This document shows positions 24,083-33,382 of a DNA stretch of 64,000 nt, one piece after another. A program made the position numbers and the translations under genes. Origin of the DNA: Candidatus Woesearchaeota archaeon (GTDB lineage: Archaea; Nanobdellota; Nanobdellia; Woesearchaeales; GW2011-AR4); contig JACPBQ010000002.1 of NCBI GenBank assembly GCA_016180235.1, forward strand, positions 2,206 through 66,205, read 5' to 3'. Within the stretch, counting starts at the first letter, position 1. Every line of letters begins with the position of its first letter. The notes beneath the pieces are model-generated. The model did no database searches. It was not told the DNA's origin and was given only the letters and a program-made list of their open reading frames with translations.

Positions 24083-24631
24083 ATGGCAAGCTTTAAGCTT
24101 AATATTGCAACAAAAGAAGGGAAATGCTACAAGACTGAGGTAAAGGAACAGCAGGCAGCTCCTTTGATGGGGCTCAACATTGGGGAAAAAGTGGACGGCA
24201 GCAAGCTTGGCCTGGAAGGCTATGAGCTGCAGGTTACAGGAGGCATGGATTACTGCGGCTTTCCGATGAGAAGCGGGATTCTCGGCCAGAGAAAGAAGAT
24301 TTCCATCTATAAAAGCACCGGCTTCAGGGGAGCATTAAAAGGCATCAAGAGGAGAAAGACCGTATGCGGCCATAAGATCAATGAAAAAATAAGCGCGGTA
24401 AACCTTAAAGTGCTGAAGGAAGGGGCAAAAAAGCTTGCTGACATGTTCGGCAAAAAGCAAGAAGAAGGAAAAGCTGAAGAAAAAACGGCTAAAAAGGAAG
24501 AAGCAAAGGCAGAGGAGAAGCAGAAGGAAGCTAAGAAAGAAGAGGCAAAAAAAGAAGTCCAGGCAGTAAAACAGGAAGAAAAGAAGGAAGCAAAGCCCCA
24601 AGCTGAAGAAAAGAAAGAGGAGAAAAAGTAA
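24083..24631 (+). CDS. rps6e: 30S ribosomal protein S6e with K/E-rich C-terminal extension
   Basis: MASFKLNIA..GYELQVTGGMDYCGFPMRSG..RKKISIYKSTGFRG..RRKTVCG. GGAGGT RBS before the ATG at 24083. Tail of about 60 aa is KKEEAKAEEKQKEAKKEEAKKE-like. Confidence 0.85.
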   Translation: MASFKLNIATKEGKCYKTEVKEQQAAPLMGLNIGEKVDGSKLGLEGYELQVTGGMDYCGFPMRSGILGQRKKISIYKSTGFRGALKGIKRRKTVCGHKINEKISAVNLKVLKEGAKKLADMFGKKQEEGKAEEKTAKKEEAKAEEKQKEAKKEEAKKEVQAVKQEEKKEAKPQAEEKKEEKK

Positions 24632-24635
24632 AAAT

Positions 24636-25892
24636 ATGCCTCGCACCAAGAAAGCAACAGATGAAGCAAACGAAAAAATAATGCAGCCCGAGCTCAATAT
24701 AGGGATGGTGGGCCATGTCGACCATGGAAAAACAACTTTGCTTGAAAGGCTTTCCGGGGTATGGGCTGACACTCATTCTGAGGAGATAAAAAGGGGCATA
24801 ACAATAAGGCTGGGCTATGCAGACACTGTTTTCTACAGGGAAGGTGGCATTTTCACTACAAAGCCGAAAGACAGGTCAAAAGCAGAGCTGCTGAGGAAGG
24901 TAAGCTTTGTCGACGCTCCGGGACATGAAAGCCTGATGGCAACAATGCTTTCAGGAGCAACTATAATGGACGGTGCCCTGCTGCTTATAGCGGCAAACGA
25001 GACATGCCCGCAGCCTCAGACAAGAGAGCACCTCATGGCACTCCAGATTATAGGCATAAAAAATATTGTAATTGTGCAGAACAAGATTGATTTGGTTGAC
25101 GAGAAAGCCGCTTTAAAAAATTATGAGCAGATTAAAAGTTTTGTAAAGGGAACAGCCTATGAGCATTCACCCATAATACCTATATCTGCACAGCATAATG
25201 TCGGCTTGAGCTCTTTGATAAAAGCCATCGAGGAAACAATAGTTACGCCTAAAAGGGACACCGGCAAAGATCCTATTTTTCTGGTAGCAAGAAGTTTTGA
25301 CATAAACAGGCCTGGCACATTGCCAAAAGACCTTACAGGCGGTGTTCTTGGAGGCTCCATGAAGCAGGGCATATTAAAGAAAGGCCAGGATATTGAGATA
25401 AGGCCCGGCAGAAGCCTGATGGAAAAGAACAAGGAAGTATGGAAGCCCATAAGGGCAAAAATTGCTGACTTAAGATATGGCGGCTTGTCTGTTGGCGAGA
25501 TTTCCCCTGGGGGAACAGCAGGAATACTGACTTCTTTGGACCCTTCAATTGTAAAATCAGACCAGCTTCTTGGCTCTATTGTTGGCCTGCCCGGCAAGCT
25601 TCCGCAAGTCCTGTTTGAAATAACATTTGCCCCTCACCTGCTTGAACGTGTGGTGGGAACAGAGCAGGAGCTTAGTGTGGAGCCTATAAAGATGAACGAA
25701 ACGCTGATGCTTAATGTGAACTCGGCAACTACAGTAGGAATAGTGACCGGCACCAGGAAAAAAAATGTTGCTTGCAGGCTGAAAATACCGGTATGCGCGG
25801 AAATAAATTCGAAAGTCACCATATCCAGGAGAATAGGCAACAGGTTCAGGCTAATAGGCTATGGTGACATCATAGAAGGAAAAACCCAATAA
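24636..25892 (+). CDS. eif2g: translation initiation factor 2 subunit gamma (aIF2-gamma)
   Basis: NIGMVGHVDHGKTTL (G1), VDAPGHE (G3), QNKIDL (G4). 418 aa. Confidence 0.9.
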   Translation: MPRTKKATDEANEKIMQPELNIGMVGHVDHGKTTLLERLSGVWADTHSEEIKRGITIRLGYADTVFYREGGIFTTKPKDRSKAELLRKVSFVDAPGHESLMATMLSGATIMDGALLLIAANETCPQPQTREHLMALQIIGIKNIVIVQNKIDLVDEKAALKNYEQIKSFVKGTAYEHSPIIPISAQHNVGLSSLIKAIEETIVTPKRDTGKDPIFLVARSFDINRPGTLPKDLTGGVLGGSMKQGILKKGQDIEIRPGRSLMEKNKEVWKPIRAKIADLRYGGLSVGEISPGGTAGILTSLDPSIVKSDQLLGSIVGLPGKLPQVLFEITFAPHLLERVVGTEQELSVEPIKMNETLMLNVNSATTVGIVTGTRKKNVACRLKIPVCAEINSKVTISRRIGNRFRLIGYGDIIEGKTQ

Positions 25893-25946
25893 GTCTACAA
25901 GTCTAAATAGAAAAACTCAAGCATATATCTATAATCCCCCTCACTT

Positions 25947-26075
25947 TCATTTTTTGCTTATTACTCTTTTTACCTTTTCTTGCCTGTATTTTTCAGGAAA
26001 TGCCATGTATTCCTTCTCTATAGCGTCCCATATCTCATGAATGTCCCTGAAACTGCGCCAGTCTTTGGTATACAT
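25947..26075 (-). CDS. possible small protein (42 aa)
   Basis: Manual ORF MYTKDWRSFRDIHEIWDAIEKEYMAFPEKYRQEKVKRVISKK, preceded by the strong RBS GGAGGTGG. No homology recognised. Confidence 0.3.
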   Translation of the reverse strand: MYTKDWRSFRDIHEIWDAIEKEYMAFPEKYRQEKVKRVISKK

Positions 26076-26340
26076 ACTACCACCTCCGAAACCATCCTAT
26101 ATTCTCAGAACTACCCCTTTTCTGGAAGAGTAAAGATTATCAGTTTTATATAGCTTTTCCTTAAAGTTTATAAAACCTTTAATTTTTATATAAAAAAGAA
26201 AAGTTTATATATGGAATATAATCTACCTTAATGCAATACAAAGACTAAGGGGTGTATTTATATAAGCTTATAATTTGTTTATTTTTTAATATTTTAATTG
26301 CTGCGTTATAATTAATTCCAATTTTAAATGGGTGGTTTAA

Positions 26341-27282
26341 ATGAAAAGACGGGTAATACAGATAGCAAACAGCACGCAGTTGATTTCTCTGCCTAGAAAA
26401 TGGACTCTGCAGTATAATATTAAGAAAGGAGATGAGCTGGAGGTTGAGGAGGATGGGAATAAGATAACAGTAAGTACTGAGAAAGCCCAAGAGTCAAAAA
26501 ATATAGAAGTGGATATTACGGGTCTGGACAGGGATTCTTTTATGTTTTTAATCAGGGTGCTATACATAAGAGGATACGATGAAATAAAGCTGATTTTTAA
26601 TGAGCCTACAGTAGATCATTACAGAATAAATCAAAAAGTAAGAGTAATATCGGAAATACATACAGAAGTTAACAGGCTTACGGGCATTGAGATTATTCAG
26701 CAAAGAGAAAATTTTTGCATACTTAAGGTTCTTTCTGAAAGTTCGATAAAAGAATTTGACTTGATATTCAGGAGGATTTTCCTGTTAGTGATGGATGCGA
26801 GCAATGATTTGATTCAGGGGGCAAAAAAAGGAGATAGATATTTAGTTGAAAGCATGGAAGAAAAGCATAATACCATTACCAAGTTCATGGCTAACGGCTT
26901 GAGATTATTAAATAAATATGGCCATCCAAATCACAAGGATACCTCCGCTTATTATCATGTGATAGAGTGCCTGGACATTATTAACGATACTTTAAAAGAT
27001 TCAGCTAGGAGCATAGTCCAAGAAGATATTAAGATCTCAAAGCTCTGCGATAGCATATTAGTTAAAATTAATGATTCCTTGCAGGATTTTCACAAGTTTT
27101 TTTACAAGTTTGATGCTAAATTAATAGAAAAATTAAGTTCTGACAGATTCAAAATTTTAGATGAAATAGTGAGATTATCAAAAAAGTTGAGCAAAGAAGA
27201 GATTAAGCTTATAATGCACATGAAGCAGATAATAGAATTAATCTACACATTGAAAGTGACAAGAATAGAGTTAGAATATTAA
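26341..27282 (+). CDS. AbrB/SpoVT-domain plus PhoU-like-domain regulator (archaeal phosphate uptake regulator type)
   Basis: The N-terminus RRVIQIANSTQLISLPRKWTLQYNIKKGDELEVEE is a swapped-hairpin AbrB fold. The remainder is helical-repeat, PhoU-like. GGGTGG RBS upstream. Confidence 0.65.
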   Translation: MKRRVIQIANSTQLISLPRKWTLQYNIKKGDELEVEEDGNKITVSTEKAQESKNIEVDITGLDRDSFMFLIRVLYIRGYDEIKLIFNEPTVDHYRINQKVRVISEIHTEVNRLTGIEIIQQRENFCILKVLSESSIKEFDLIFRRIFLLVMDASNDLIQGAKKGDRYLVESMEEKHNTITKFMANGLRLLNKYGHPNHKDTSAYYHVIECLDIINDTLKDSARSIVQEDIKISKLCDSILVKINDSLQDFHKFFYKFDAKLIEKLSSDRFKILDEIVRLSKKLSKEEIKLIMHMKQIIELIYTLKVTRIELEY

Positions 27283-27311
27283 TATGTTAAAAGTATATTG
27301 AAATTATAAAA

Positions 27312-27929
27312 TTATTGAATAGTTATGGGTTCCACCTCTTGTACTGCTTGGTCGCTAATCTCTAAATGCCTTACAAAATTATTTGGCCAATTGGAATAAG
27401 GCCTGGCTATTATGTCTCCGCCCCTTAACAAAGAGTTTATCAAATAAGTATTAAAATATTTATGGCCCATAATGCCTACTATGCCGTCCAGCTCTCTTAG
27501 GTGTTCCTCTTGGAATCTTTTAACTCTTGCCCGTATAGCATCAAGACTTTCTCCATTTCTAATCTGATCTTGCTTGAATAAAGTTTGATACAATTCTTCT
27601 CCATCTTTCGCTACTTGATCATAAACCAATGATTGTAAGTCGCCCCAGTGCCTTTCTCTTAAAAGATCGGTAGAAACAAATTTAATAGGAGTTTCTTGCT
27701 GTTGCCTTAAATAATCGACAATGCTTCTAGCAGGTCTCTCCGCCCGCTGTAAGTCGGAAGAAAAAAAATGATTAAAAGGCTTTCTTCTAGCCAACTCTGC
27801 TGCAAGTTTTTCTATGCCAACTTGGTATCCAGGCGCCAATTCAGGATCCAGCTGTCCTTGAATAATTTTTTGTTTATTAAAAACAGTTTCCGGATGCCTG
27901 ATTAAGTACAGATCTAGCATAGTAATCAA
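27312..27929 (-). CDS. histidine phosphatase family protein (phosphoglycerate-mutase-like)
   Basis: Catalytic RHxxT motif LYLIRHPETVFN, SSDLQRAERPA, and a distal His in GIMGHKYF. Confidence 0.75.
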   Translation of the reverse strand: MITMLDLYLIRHPETVFNKQKIIQGQLDPELAPGYQVGIEKLAAELARRKPFNHFFSSDLQRAERPARSIVDYLRQQQETPIKFVSTDLLRERHWGDLQSLVYDQVAKDGEELYQTLFKQDQIRNGESLDAIRARVKRFQEEHLRELDGIVGIMGHKYFNTYLINSLLRGGDIIARPYSNWPNNFVRHLEISDQAVQEVEPITIQ

Positions 27930-27939
27930 ACAATAAGTT

Positions 27940-29055
27940 TTAAGCCGCTCTTTTTTGCCCTACAGCGTATATAGCCCAACCATATTTCATCCTAAAAGCA
28001 GGATCAACTTCTGTGTGAAATACCTTCCAGCTCGAGATTATGCTTCCTATATCCCTATAAGACCCATGAGGCAGATACGTATTAAAAATTGGAAAATCTT
28101 TTTCTGGAATCGTGCTTTTTTTAACTTCCTGAGAAGGAGGTATAAGCAAACCGTCCTCTTTAATAAAATCCAGTCCAGCATCCTCCATCAATCTCCTAAA
28201 ATCAAAAGTGTGCCGTCTTTCTTCCCATGGCAGCCTAGCAAAGATTTGTTTGAACCGGTCATAAACGGACTTTTCTTTTTCTCGTAAATGCGTATAAAAA
28301 GGGCTATTCACATTAGGTATGGCTATAACCACATAGCCTCCAGGTTTTGTTGTTCTTGTCATTTCACCCAACAATTGTCTTGCCTGGTCATTTTCCAGAT
28401 GCTCAAAAACGCCGGCATTGTAGACCGCATCAAATCTACCAGGTTCAAATGGAGCCTCATAAAAACTTCCTGGGACTAAATCAATCATATTTTCTACACG
28501 GTGATGTTGAGCAAGATATCGTGAAAATTCCAAACCCATTCTTGAGGTATCCAGATTTGTTACAAAAGCTCCTTGCTGCGCCAATAATATTAGTCCTATA
28601 CCGCTTCCGCCGCCAAATTCTGCTATTTTTTTACCTTTAAGATTACCACCATTTCCATCTTTAACAAGAGATGCAATAGAATCTGCCAATAAACCATACA
28701 TAAAATGCCTTCCAGGCAAAAACTGTTGGTAATCAATTCCCCCAATTCCAATTGCCATCTTTGCAGCTGCCATTTCACGAGCCCAGAATATATCCCATTG
28801 AGTGGTATCATCACCTTTTGTTGGATCTATGCCATAATGTTCCAAATAATTGTTAGCTATTTCTATGACTTCCGGAATGCATGTTACAGGCATACCCTCA
28901 TTAAGGTCAGAGACTTCAAAAGATTTTCTAGGCAATTTAGAATTGTTAAGTCTTTCTACCAAGGTTAAAGGCTTTGAACTGCCATTAGATGAACCACACC
29001 CATTATTTTTGGGAGCCACCATTTGTCCTGAATTTTTTCCAATTACGCCATTCAT
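27940..29055 (-). CDS. class I SAM-dependent methyltransferase with N-terminal domain of about 130 aa of unknown function
   Basis: Motif I KIAEFGGGSGIGL, NLDTS, post-I/II FDAVYNAGVFEHL, KPGGYVVIAIPN. 10-nt gap to the phosphatase gene on the same strand. Confidence 0.75.
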   Translation of the reverse strand: MNGVIGKNSGQMVAPKNNGCGSSNGSSKPLTLVERLNNSKLPRKSFEVSDLNEGMPVTCIPEVIEIANNYLEHYGIDPTKGDDTTQWDIFWAREMAAAKMAIGIGGIDYQQFLPGRHFMYGLLADSIASLVKDGNGGNLKGKKIAEFGGGSGIGLILLAQQGAFVTNLDTSRMGLEFSRYLAQHHRVENMIDLVPGSFYEAPFEPGRFDAVYNAGVFEHLENDQARQLLGEMTRTTKPGGYVVIAIPNVNSPFYTHLREKEKSVYDRFKQIFARLPWEERRHTFDFRRLMEDAGLDFIKEDGLLIPPSQEVKKSTIPEKDFPIFNTYLPHGSYRDIGSIISSWKVFHTEVDPAFRMKYGWAIYAVGQKRAA

Positions 29056-29399
29056 TTTTCAATTATAATCTCATTTTTTAAAGATTTTTAATTTTTATAA
29101 ACATCTTTATTGCATTCTTACGATTTGCAACCATCACCCTTTTTTAAAGACAATATCTAAAAAACAATAATGACTAGCATAAACAAGAAAGCCAGATTAC
29201 AACTTAGATAAACAAAATTTCTTTTTTCCATAGCCGCTCTTATTAGGCCATATAATCAAATTCCGTTTTTAAACCTATCGCTTTTATATAAATTATATAT
29301 CTTGTTTTTAACTATAGTTAAGGATTTGCATATTTTTAATTTTATTTATTATTGTTGGCATATTGATTATTCTGAAAAAATTTATAAACTTGCATAAGA

Positions 29400-29564
29400 A
29401 TGGCAGATTGTATGGCAATAAATTCAAAAAAAGCCTTCGTAATAAGGATAGCTTATTTCATTATCTTTGTCTTGGCCATAATACTCCTCATTTTCCTGAT
29501 AAAAAACAAGTGGGATGTAAGCGCGGCTTTTAGCGATATGGCGAAGTTATTGAGGTTAAAGTAA
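29400..29564 (+). CDS. possible small membrane protein (54 aa)
   Basis: Manual ORF MADCMAINSKKAFVIRIAYFIIFVLAIILLIFLIKNKWDVSAAFSDMAKLLRLK with one TM helix. TATA-like tttataaac upstream. No homology. Confidence 0.25.
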   Translation: MADCMAINSKKAFVIRIAYFIIFVLAIILLIFLIKNKWDVSAAFSDMAKLLRLK

Positions 29565-29586
29565 GTTCATAGGTTATTTTCAGCTT

Positions 29587-30117
29587 TTAGCGTCTTTTTT
29601 TATGTTTTGCCTCTTTTTTGCATTTATCATTCCAAAGCCTCTTGATCGGTTTGAGCTCATGCCTGAACTCTTTTTTGAACCAGTCGTCAAGATAAGGGTA
29701 ATATTTGACCTTGATATTGAGCGGAAGCTGGAAGAAGTGCCCGTTGATGACTTTCCTGCAGTTCCTGCTGCCGCATTTGCATCTCATGCTCCATTGATCA
29801 TCAACATCGGAAATAGCATAGTCATAGAAAAGCTCCTCGCCTTTTTTGATGGTTTTCATGGCAAACAGCTCCCTGTTTCTCTCAAAGACATTTGGACTGC
29901 ATGAATGGTTGATGTACTTTTCAGGATACCCAAAAATCATGCACAAATCTTTTCCTATGGCTCCCATGTGATCAAGGTGGTACTTTGAGGCTGCAAGCAT
30001 TTCTTCGGTGCTTATCACTTTTCCTTTTAAGCTCAGGATGAATTCTCCTTTCCTTAGCGCTCTAGCCGCAAAAACCCCTCTGCCCCGGTTGCCCGTTTTT
30101 TTGACTATAATCTTCAT
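29587..30117 (-). CDS. SET-domain protein (lysine methyltransferase fold)
   Basis: GRGVFAARALRKGEFI, INHSCSPNV, ELFYDY, and a post-SET cysteine cluster CKCGSRNCR. Confidence 0.8.
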   Translation of the reverse strand: MKIIVKKTGNRGRGVFAARALRKGEFILSLKGKVISTEEMLAASKYHLDHMGAIGKDLCMIFGYPEKYINHSCSPNVFERNRELFAMKTIKKGEELFYDYAISDVDDQWSMRCKCGSRNCRKVINGHFFQLPLNIKVKYYPYLDDWFKKEFRHELKPIKRLWNDKCKKEAKHKKRR

Positions 30118-30140
30118 TTTGATAGCACACTTGCGCTTAT

Positions 30141-31034
30141 TTATCTATTTTTTGACACAGAAAACAGCACTTCCTCTTCTATTCTTTCGGGGTAGAACTT
30201 CTTCTTGAAGTCCAGCAATGACTTGTCTGACTGGCCGAAATTCACATGCCCATATCCTTTTTTCCTGAGAAGGCTGAATTCCTCCATTACAGCTGCTTCT
30301 CCAATGCCATCAAACTTGTAGTTAAGCAGCCCCAATGCGGAATAATAATCATTGCTTCCGGGTATTTTCCAACCTCCGCTTATCGTGCATGGAATGCCAT
30401 CTACCAAGAGGGATCTTGCATTCTCTATGCCCTCAAAATTACTTTCCAGGATGTTGTCGTAAAACTGCTCCTGCCACAGGCTGTCAGCCGAGTTCCTGTT
30501 TTTTTTCCAGGAGTGCAGAATTTTCCTTAATTCCACCTGATCTGTATCTCCACATGGAACAAATTCAACCTTGTGGCTGGAATAAAGATTATTCCTGAGG
30601 TTCCTGAGTTTTTTCCATTTTTTCCCGGGAATTGCTGCATCCCAATCCTTCAGGTTATAAACTGGAAAGTAAAATGTCCTGCAATGTTCTGGAATTTTGT
30701 ATTTTCTAATATTTTTTATTTTATCCCGGTGCTCCTTGGGAACTGCAACAAATATTTTCCTTGTATTGCTGTCGGCAAAAAGATAATCCAAAAATTTTTC
30801 CAGAACCTCAGGCTTTTTTTCCTCAGGAGCCAGTATTCCTGGCAGCATCTCCCATGTGCCGGCACGATTAAAGCACATTACGCCCATGCCACCATGCTCA
30901 AAAAAGGCGCTTTTAGTCCCTTTTCCATCAAGATGCCTCAGGTTCCAGTAATTATGCTCAACGCCGTGGCCGTATTTTCCTATAGAATCCTCGATAAGCT
31001 TCTTTTTTCCTGCAATGTCAAAAATCAGCTGCAT
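30141..31034 (-). CDS. DUF2156 / MprF C-terminal-like protein (aminoacyl-tRNA-dependent transferase fold, GNAT-like)
   Basis: GKKWKKLRNLRNNLYSS and SLLDFKKKFYPE resemble the conserved K-x-LR-x-x-x-N and L-x-x-FK-x-KF-x-P segments of the phosphatidylglycerol lysyltransferase C-terminal domain family. Recognition is by eye only. Confidence 0.45.
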   Translation of the reverse strand: MQLIFDIAGKKKLIEDSIGKYGHGVEHNYWNLRHLDGKGTKSAFFEHGGMGVMCFNRAGTWEMLPGILAPEEKKPEVLEKFLDYLFADSNTRKIFVAVPKEHRDKIKNIRKYKIPEHCRTFYFPVYNLKDWDAAIPGKKWKKLRNLRNNLYSSHKVEFVPCGDTDQVELRKILHSWKKNRNSADSLWQEQFYDNILESNFEGIENARSLLVDGIPCTISGGWKIPGSNDYYSALGLLNYKFDGIGEAAVMEEFSLLRKKGYGHVNFGQSDKSLLDFKKKFYPERIEEEVLFSVSKNR

Positions 31035-31135
31035 GTTGTATGCCAGAAAAGGAGATAGTATTAAAATCTTCGGAAATTTTCTACCAGCTTGTAAATAGTA
31101 AACAGCTTTTCACATTCGGAAAAAGAGAAAAAAGA

Positions 31136-31537
31136 TTAATGCTTGACATATATATAGTCAGGATGGCTTCTTGGGAAATCCATGCCGCGCTTTATTACTT
31201 TTTTGGTGAATTTTTTTGATGCAAAAACATTGGTCAGCAGTTCTGCTGCATGCTCAACATCAAAATTCTTGCATGAGAATATGTCAATAAATGCATAGTC
31301 CTTTTCCGGAAAAGTGTGTATGCTTACGTGGCTTTCCGCAATCATGACAAATCCTGAAATGCCTGGGATTGTTGCTCCGGGATCCAGCCACTTGACAACA
31401 TGCGGCAGAATCATCTTGGTCATGCCAAGCTTTTTCGGCAACTGGTCCAGAATATCATAAACAAGGCTATGGTCAGTTAGCTTGCTCCTATCACACTGAG
31501 AAGCATCAATCGTCAGATGCTGGCCGAATTCCCTCAT
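31136..31537 (-). CDS. speH: S-adenosylmethionine decarboxylase proenzyme (pyruvoyl-dependent, SpeH type)
   Basis: GFVMIAESHVSIHTFPE contains the E-S self-cleavage site and the H-x-S-I-HT-(F/W)-PE signature. 133 aa. Confidence 0.8.
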   Translation of the reverse strand: MREFGQHLTIDASQCDRSKLTDHSLVYDILDQLPKKLGMTKMILPHVVKWLDPGATIPGISGFVMIAESHVSIHTFPEKDYAFIDIFSCKNFDVEHAAELLTNVFASKKFTKKVIKRGMDFPRSHPDYIYVKH

Positions 31538-31618
31538 TTTTATTTTTAAAAAAAATTCACCTTTTTTGTTAAGAATTTTATTTCAAAAGTAGTATTTAAA
31601 CCTTTCTATTTATTAGGT

Positions 31619-32329
31619 TTATCGTCGGAATTTTCCGGTAAAAATTTCCAAAAAATTTTCCTTCAAAAAACAAAACATAACAGCTAAGCTTGCCAAAAAA
31701 ATTGCAGCCGACGGGAAAATCACCTTCAAAATTATTTTCGCAAAAGCATCAGAAAACAAACTTTCAGGATAAAGTACGACAATTTTCTCGGACTCGGGGT
31801 TGAATGTGTAAGTTCCTGCAGAAAAAAAAGTTTTGTGCAGCAGGCCAAAAGCAAAATCAAAATCAGTTTTTGAGACGGCAAAAAGCAAAAATGCGGCAGA
31901 TAAGGAAAGGGTGCATCCAAAAAGCAGGATTAAAAGAAATCTCTGAAATATAATTTTTGGGGCAAAGCCGAGCAAAAACGCCAATGATGCTGCTAAGATT
32001 AAAAATAGCGCTAAGGAGATAAAATAAATTTTAAGAGTCCTATGTATCAGGATTTTCACATCCAGCAGATGGGCTTTTTCTCTCTTATCAAAAAAATCTG
32101 TCCCCATAAGCTCATTGTTGCCGGGCATCTTCAAGTAATTCAAAACCTCGTTGTTTATGCTGTCAACATCATAATCCTGAAGATCATTGTAAACGCCATA
32201 TTGCAGGAATTCTTTTTTGTAAAACTCCCTGTCAAATGCAGTGGAATTGAGGGCATAGCCGTAAAATATTGCAGGAACAAGCAGTATCATAGCGATAGAA
32301 ACAGCAAGTGAAAGGCTCTTATTACGCAT
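31619..32329 (-). CDS. TIGR01906/DUF1461-family integral membrane protein
   Basis: N-terminal TM, F..EF.K......, and REKAHLLDVK (family motif RE..H..DVK) followed by several TM helices. Confidence 0.6.
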   Translation of the reverse strand: MRNKSLSLAVSIAMILLVPAIFYGYALNSTAFDREFYKKEFLQYGVYNDLQDYDVDSINNEVLNYLKMPGNNELMGTDFFDKREKAHLLDVKILIHRTLKIYFISLALFLILAASLAFLLGFAPKIIFQRFLLILLFGCTLSLSAAFLLFAVSKTDFDFAFGLLHKTFFSAGTYTFNPESEKIVVLYPESLFSDAFAKIILKVIFPSAAIFLASLAVMFCFLKENFLEIFTGKFRR

Positions 32330-32352
32330 AAAACAGTATTGTTCACGGAAGT

Positions 32353-32841
32353 TTAAATATCTTCTTCCTTGTTTTCAAAGAAAATTGTCCTTTTTATCTT
32401 TCTGAGCAGCAGGACATCCTCAAATTCTATTTTCCTGACCTTTCTCCTCGAGGCTTCCCTTTGGGCATTTTTTATTTCCTCAAGCGCTTCCCTGTTTGCC
32501 CTGCCGATGATCCCGTTCCTTAATTTTTCCGGCACAATGGTTTTCTCATCACTCCTTCCTGCTCCATCAGCACCAATAAGTGGGCTTGGTATGTAAAGGT
32601 CCATAGGCATTGTGTTCAAAGACTCCCTGATATCACTAAGGTTGTGGTAGCCTGCCTCAAAATTGCCGTATTTTATCGATGTTATCATCTCATGCTGGCT
32701 CGGGCTGTAGAACATAGCAGCATAATCAGGAAAATCATTTGTTGCCAGATAAGAGGCAGCGCTGCTTAAGCTGTTGTGGTCCAAGCTGTATCCTGACTTG
32801 CTCAAGACCTCATATCCGGGGGTAAATCGGTTTCTGTACAT
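32353..32841 (-). CDS. hypothetical protein (162 aa)
   Basis: ORF in the same-strand run, 1-nt gap to the upstream ORF. No motif recognised. Confidence 0.45.
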   Translation of the reverse strand: MYRNRFTPGYEVLSKSGYSLDHNSLSSAASYLATNDFPDYAAMFYSPSQHEMITSIKYGNFEAGYHNLSDIRESLNTMPMDLYIPSPLIGADGAGRSDEKTIVPEKLRNGIIGRANREALEEIKNAQREASRRKVRKIEFEDVLLLRKIKRTIFFENKEEDI

Positions 32842-32842
32842 A

Positions 32843-33292
32843 TTAATCTATAAAAACAGTTTTCTTTTCTTCTTTTATTGCCTTGTTAATCGCTTCTTCT
32901 ATAGAGCCGTGCTGCTTCCTGCTTTTCTTTTTGACTTCTTCTTTCTGCATAGCTTCAGGCCTGAACTCATTTTTTATGCTTTTGAAAAGCCCTTCTTCCT
33001 CTTCCTGATGCTGCTTTTCTTCCTTTTTTTCCTCTTCCGCTATCCTTTCTGCTATGGTGTCTTTTTCCTTTTCCTTGTCTTTATCTTCTTCTGCATTAGT
33101 TACAGACCTGTAATCATCTTTAAGCTTTTCCCCCGCATTTTTGCTGCCATAAGCATCATTCTTGTGGTAGCCTGATGGGTCATCTTTTGAGCTGTGACCG
33201 GCATAACCGCTGCCAGAGCCTCCGGCATACTTGGATTCCGATTTATGTATGTCCCACTTGTCCTCGTCCCATATATTGTGCCTTTTATACAT
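32843..33292 (-). CDS. hypothetical highly charged (K/E/D-rich) protein (149 aa)
   Basis: Low-complexity charged sequence. Position in the operon-like run supports coding. Confidence 0.4.
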   Translation of the reverse strand: MYKRHNIWDEDKWDIHKSESKYAGGSGSGYAGHSSKDDPSGYHKNDAYGSKNAGEKLKDDYRSVTNAEEDKDKEKEKDTIAERIAEEEKKEEKQHQEEEEGLFKSIKNEFRPEAMQKEEVKKKSRKQHGSIEEAINKAIKEEKKTVFID

Positions 33293-33382
33293 TTTCAGCG
33301 CTTATCATAGATTTGATGGGAGTTTCGGATATTTTTGGATTTATAAATCTTTCTATTTTTAACTACTTAAAAGTAACAATAT

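Noticed and set aside
24307-24776. Three overlapping minus-strand ORFs (81-145 aa) rich in F/L/S.
   Set aside because: They are antisense to the K/E-rich tail of rps6e and the start of aIF2-gamma. They are an artefact of purine-rich low-complexity coding sequence.
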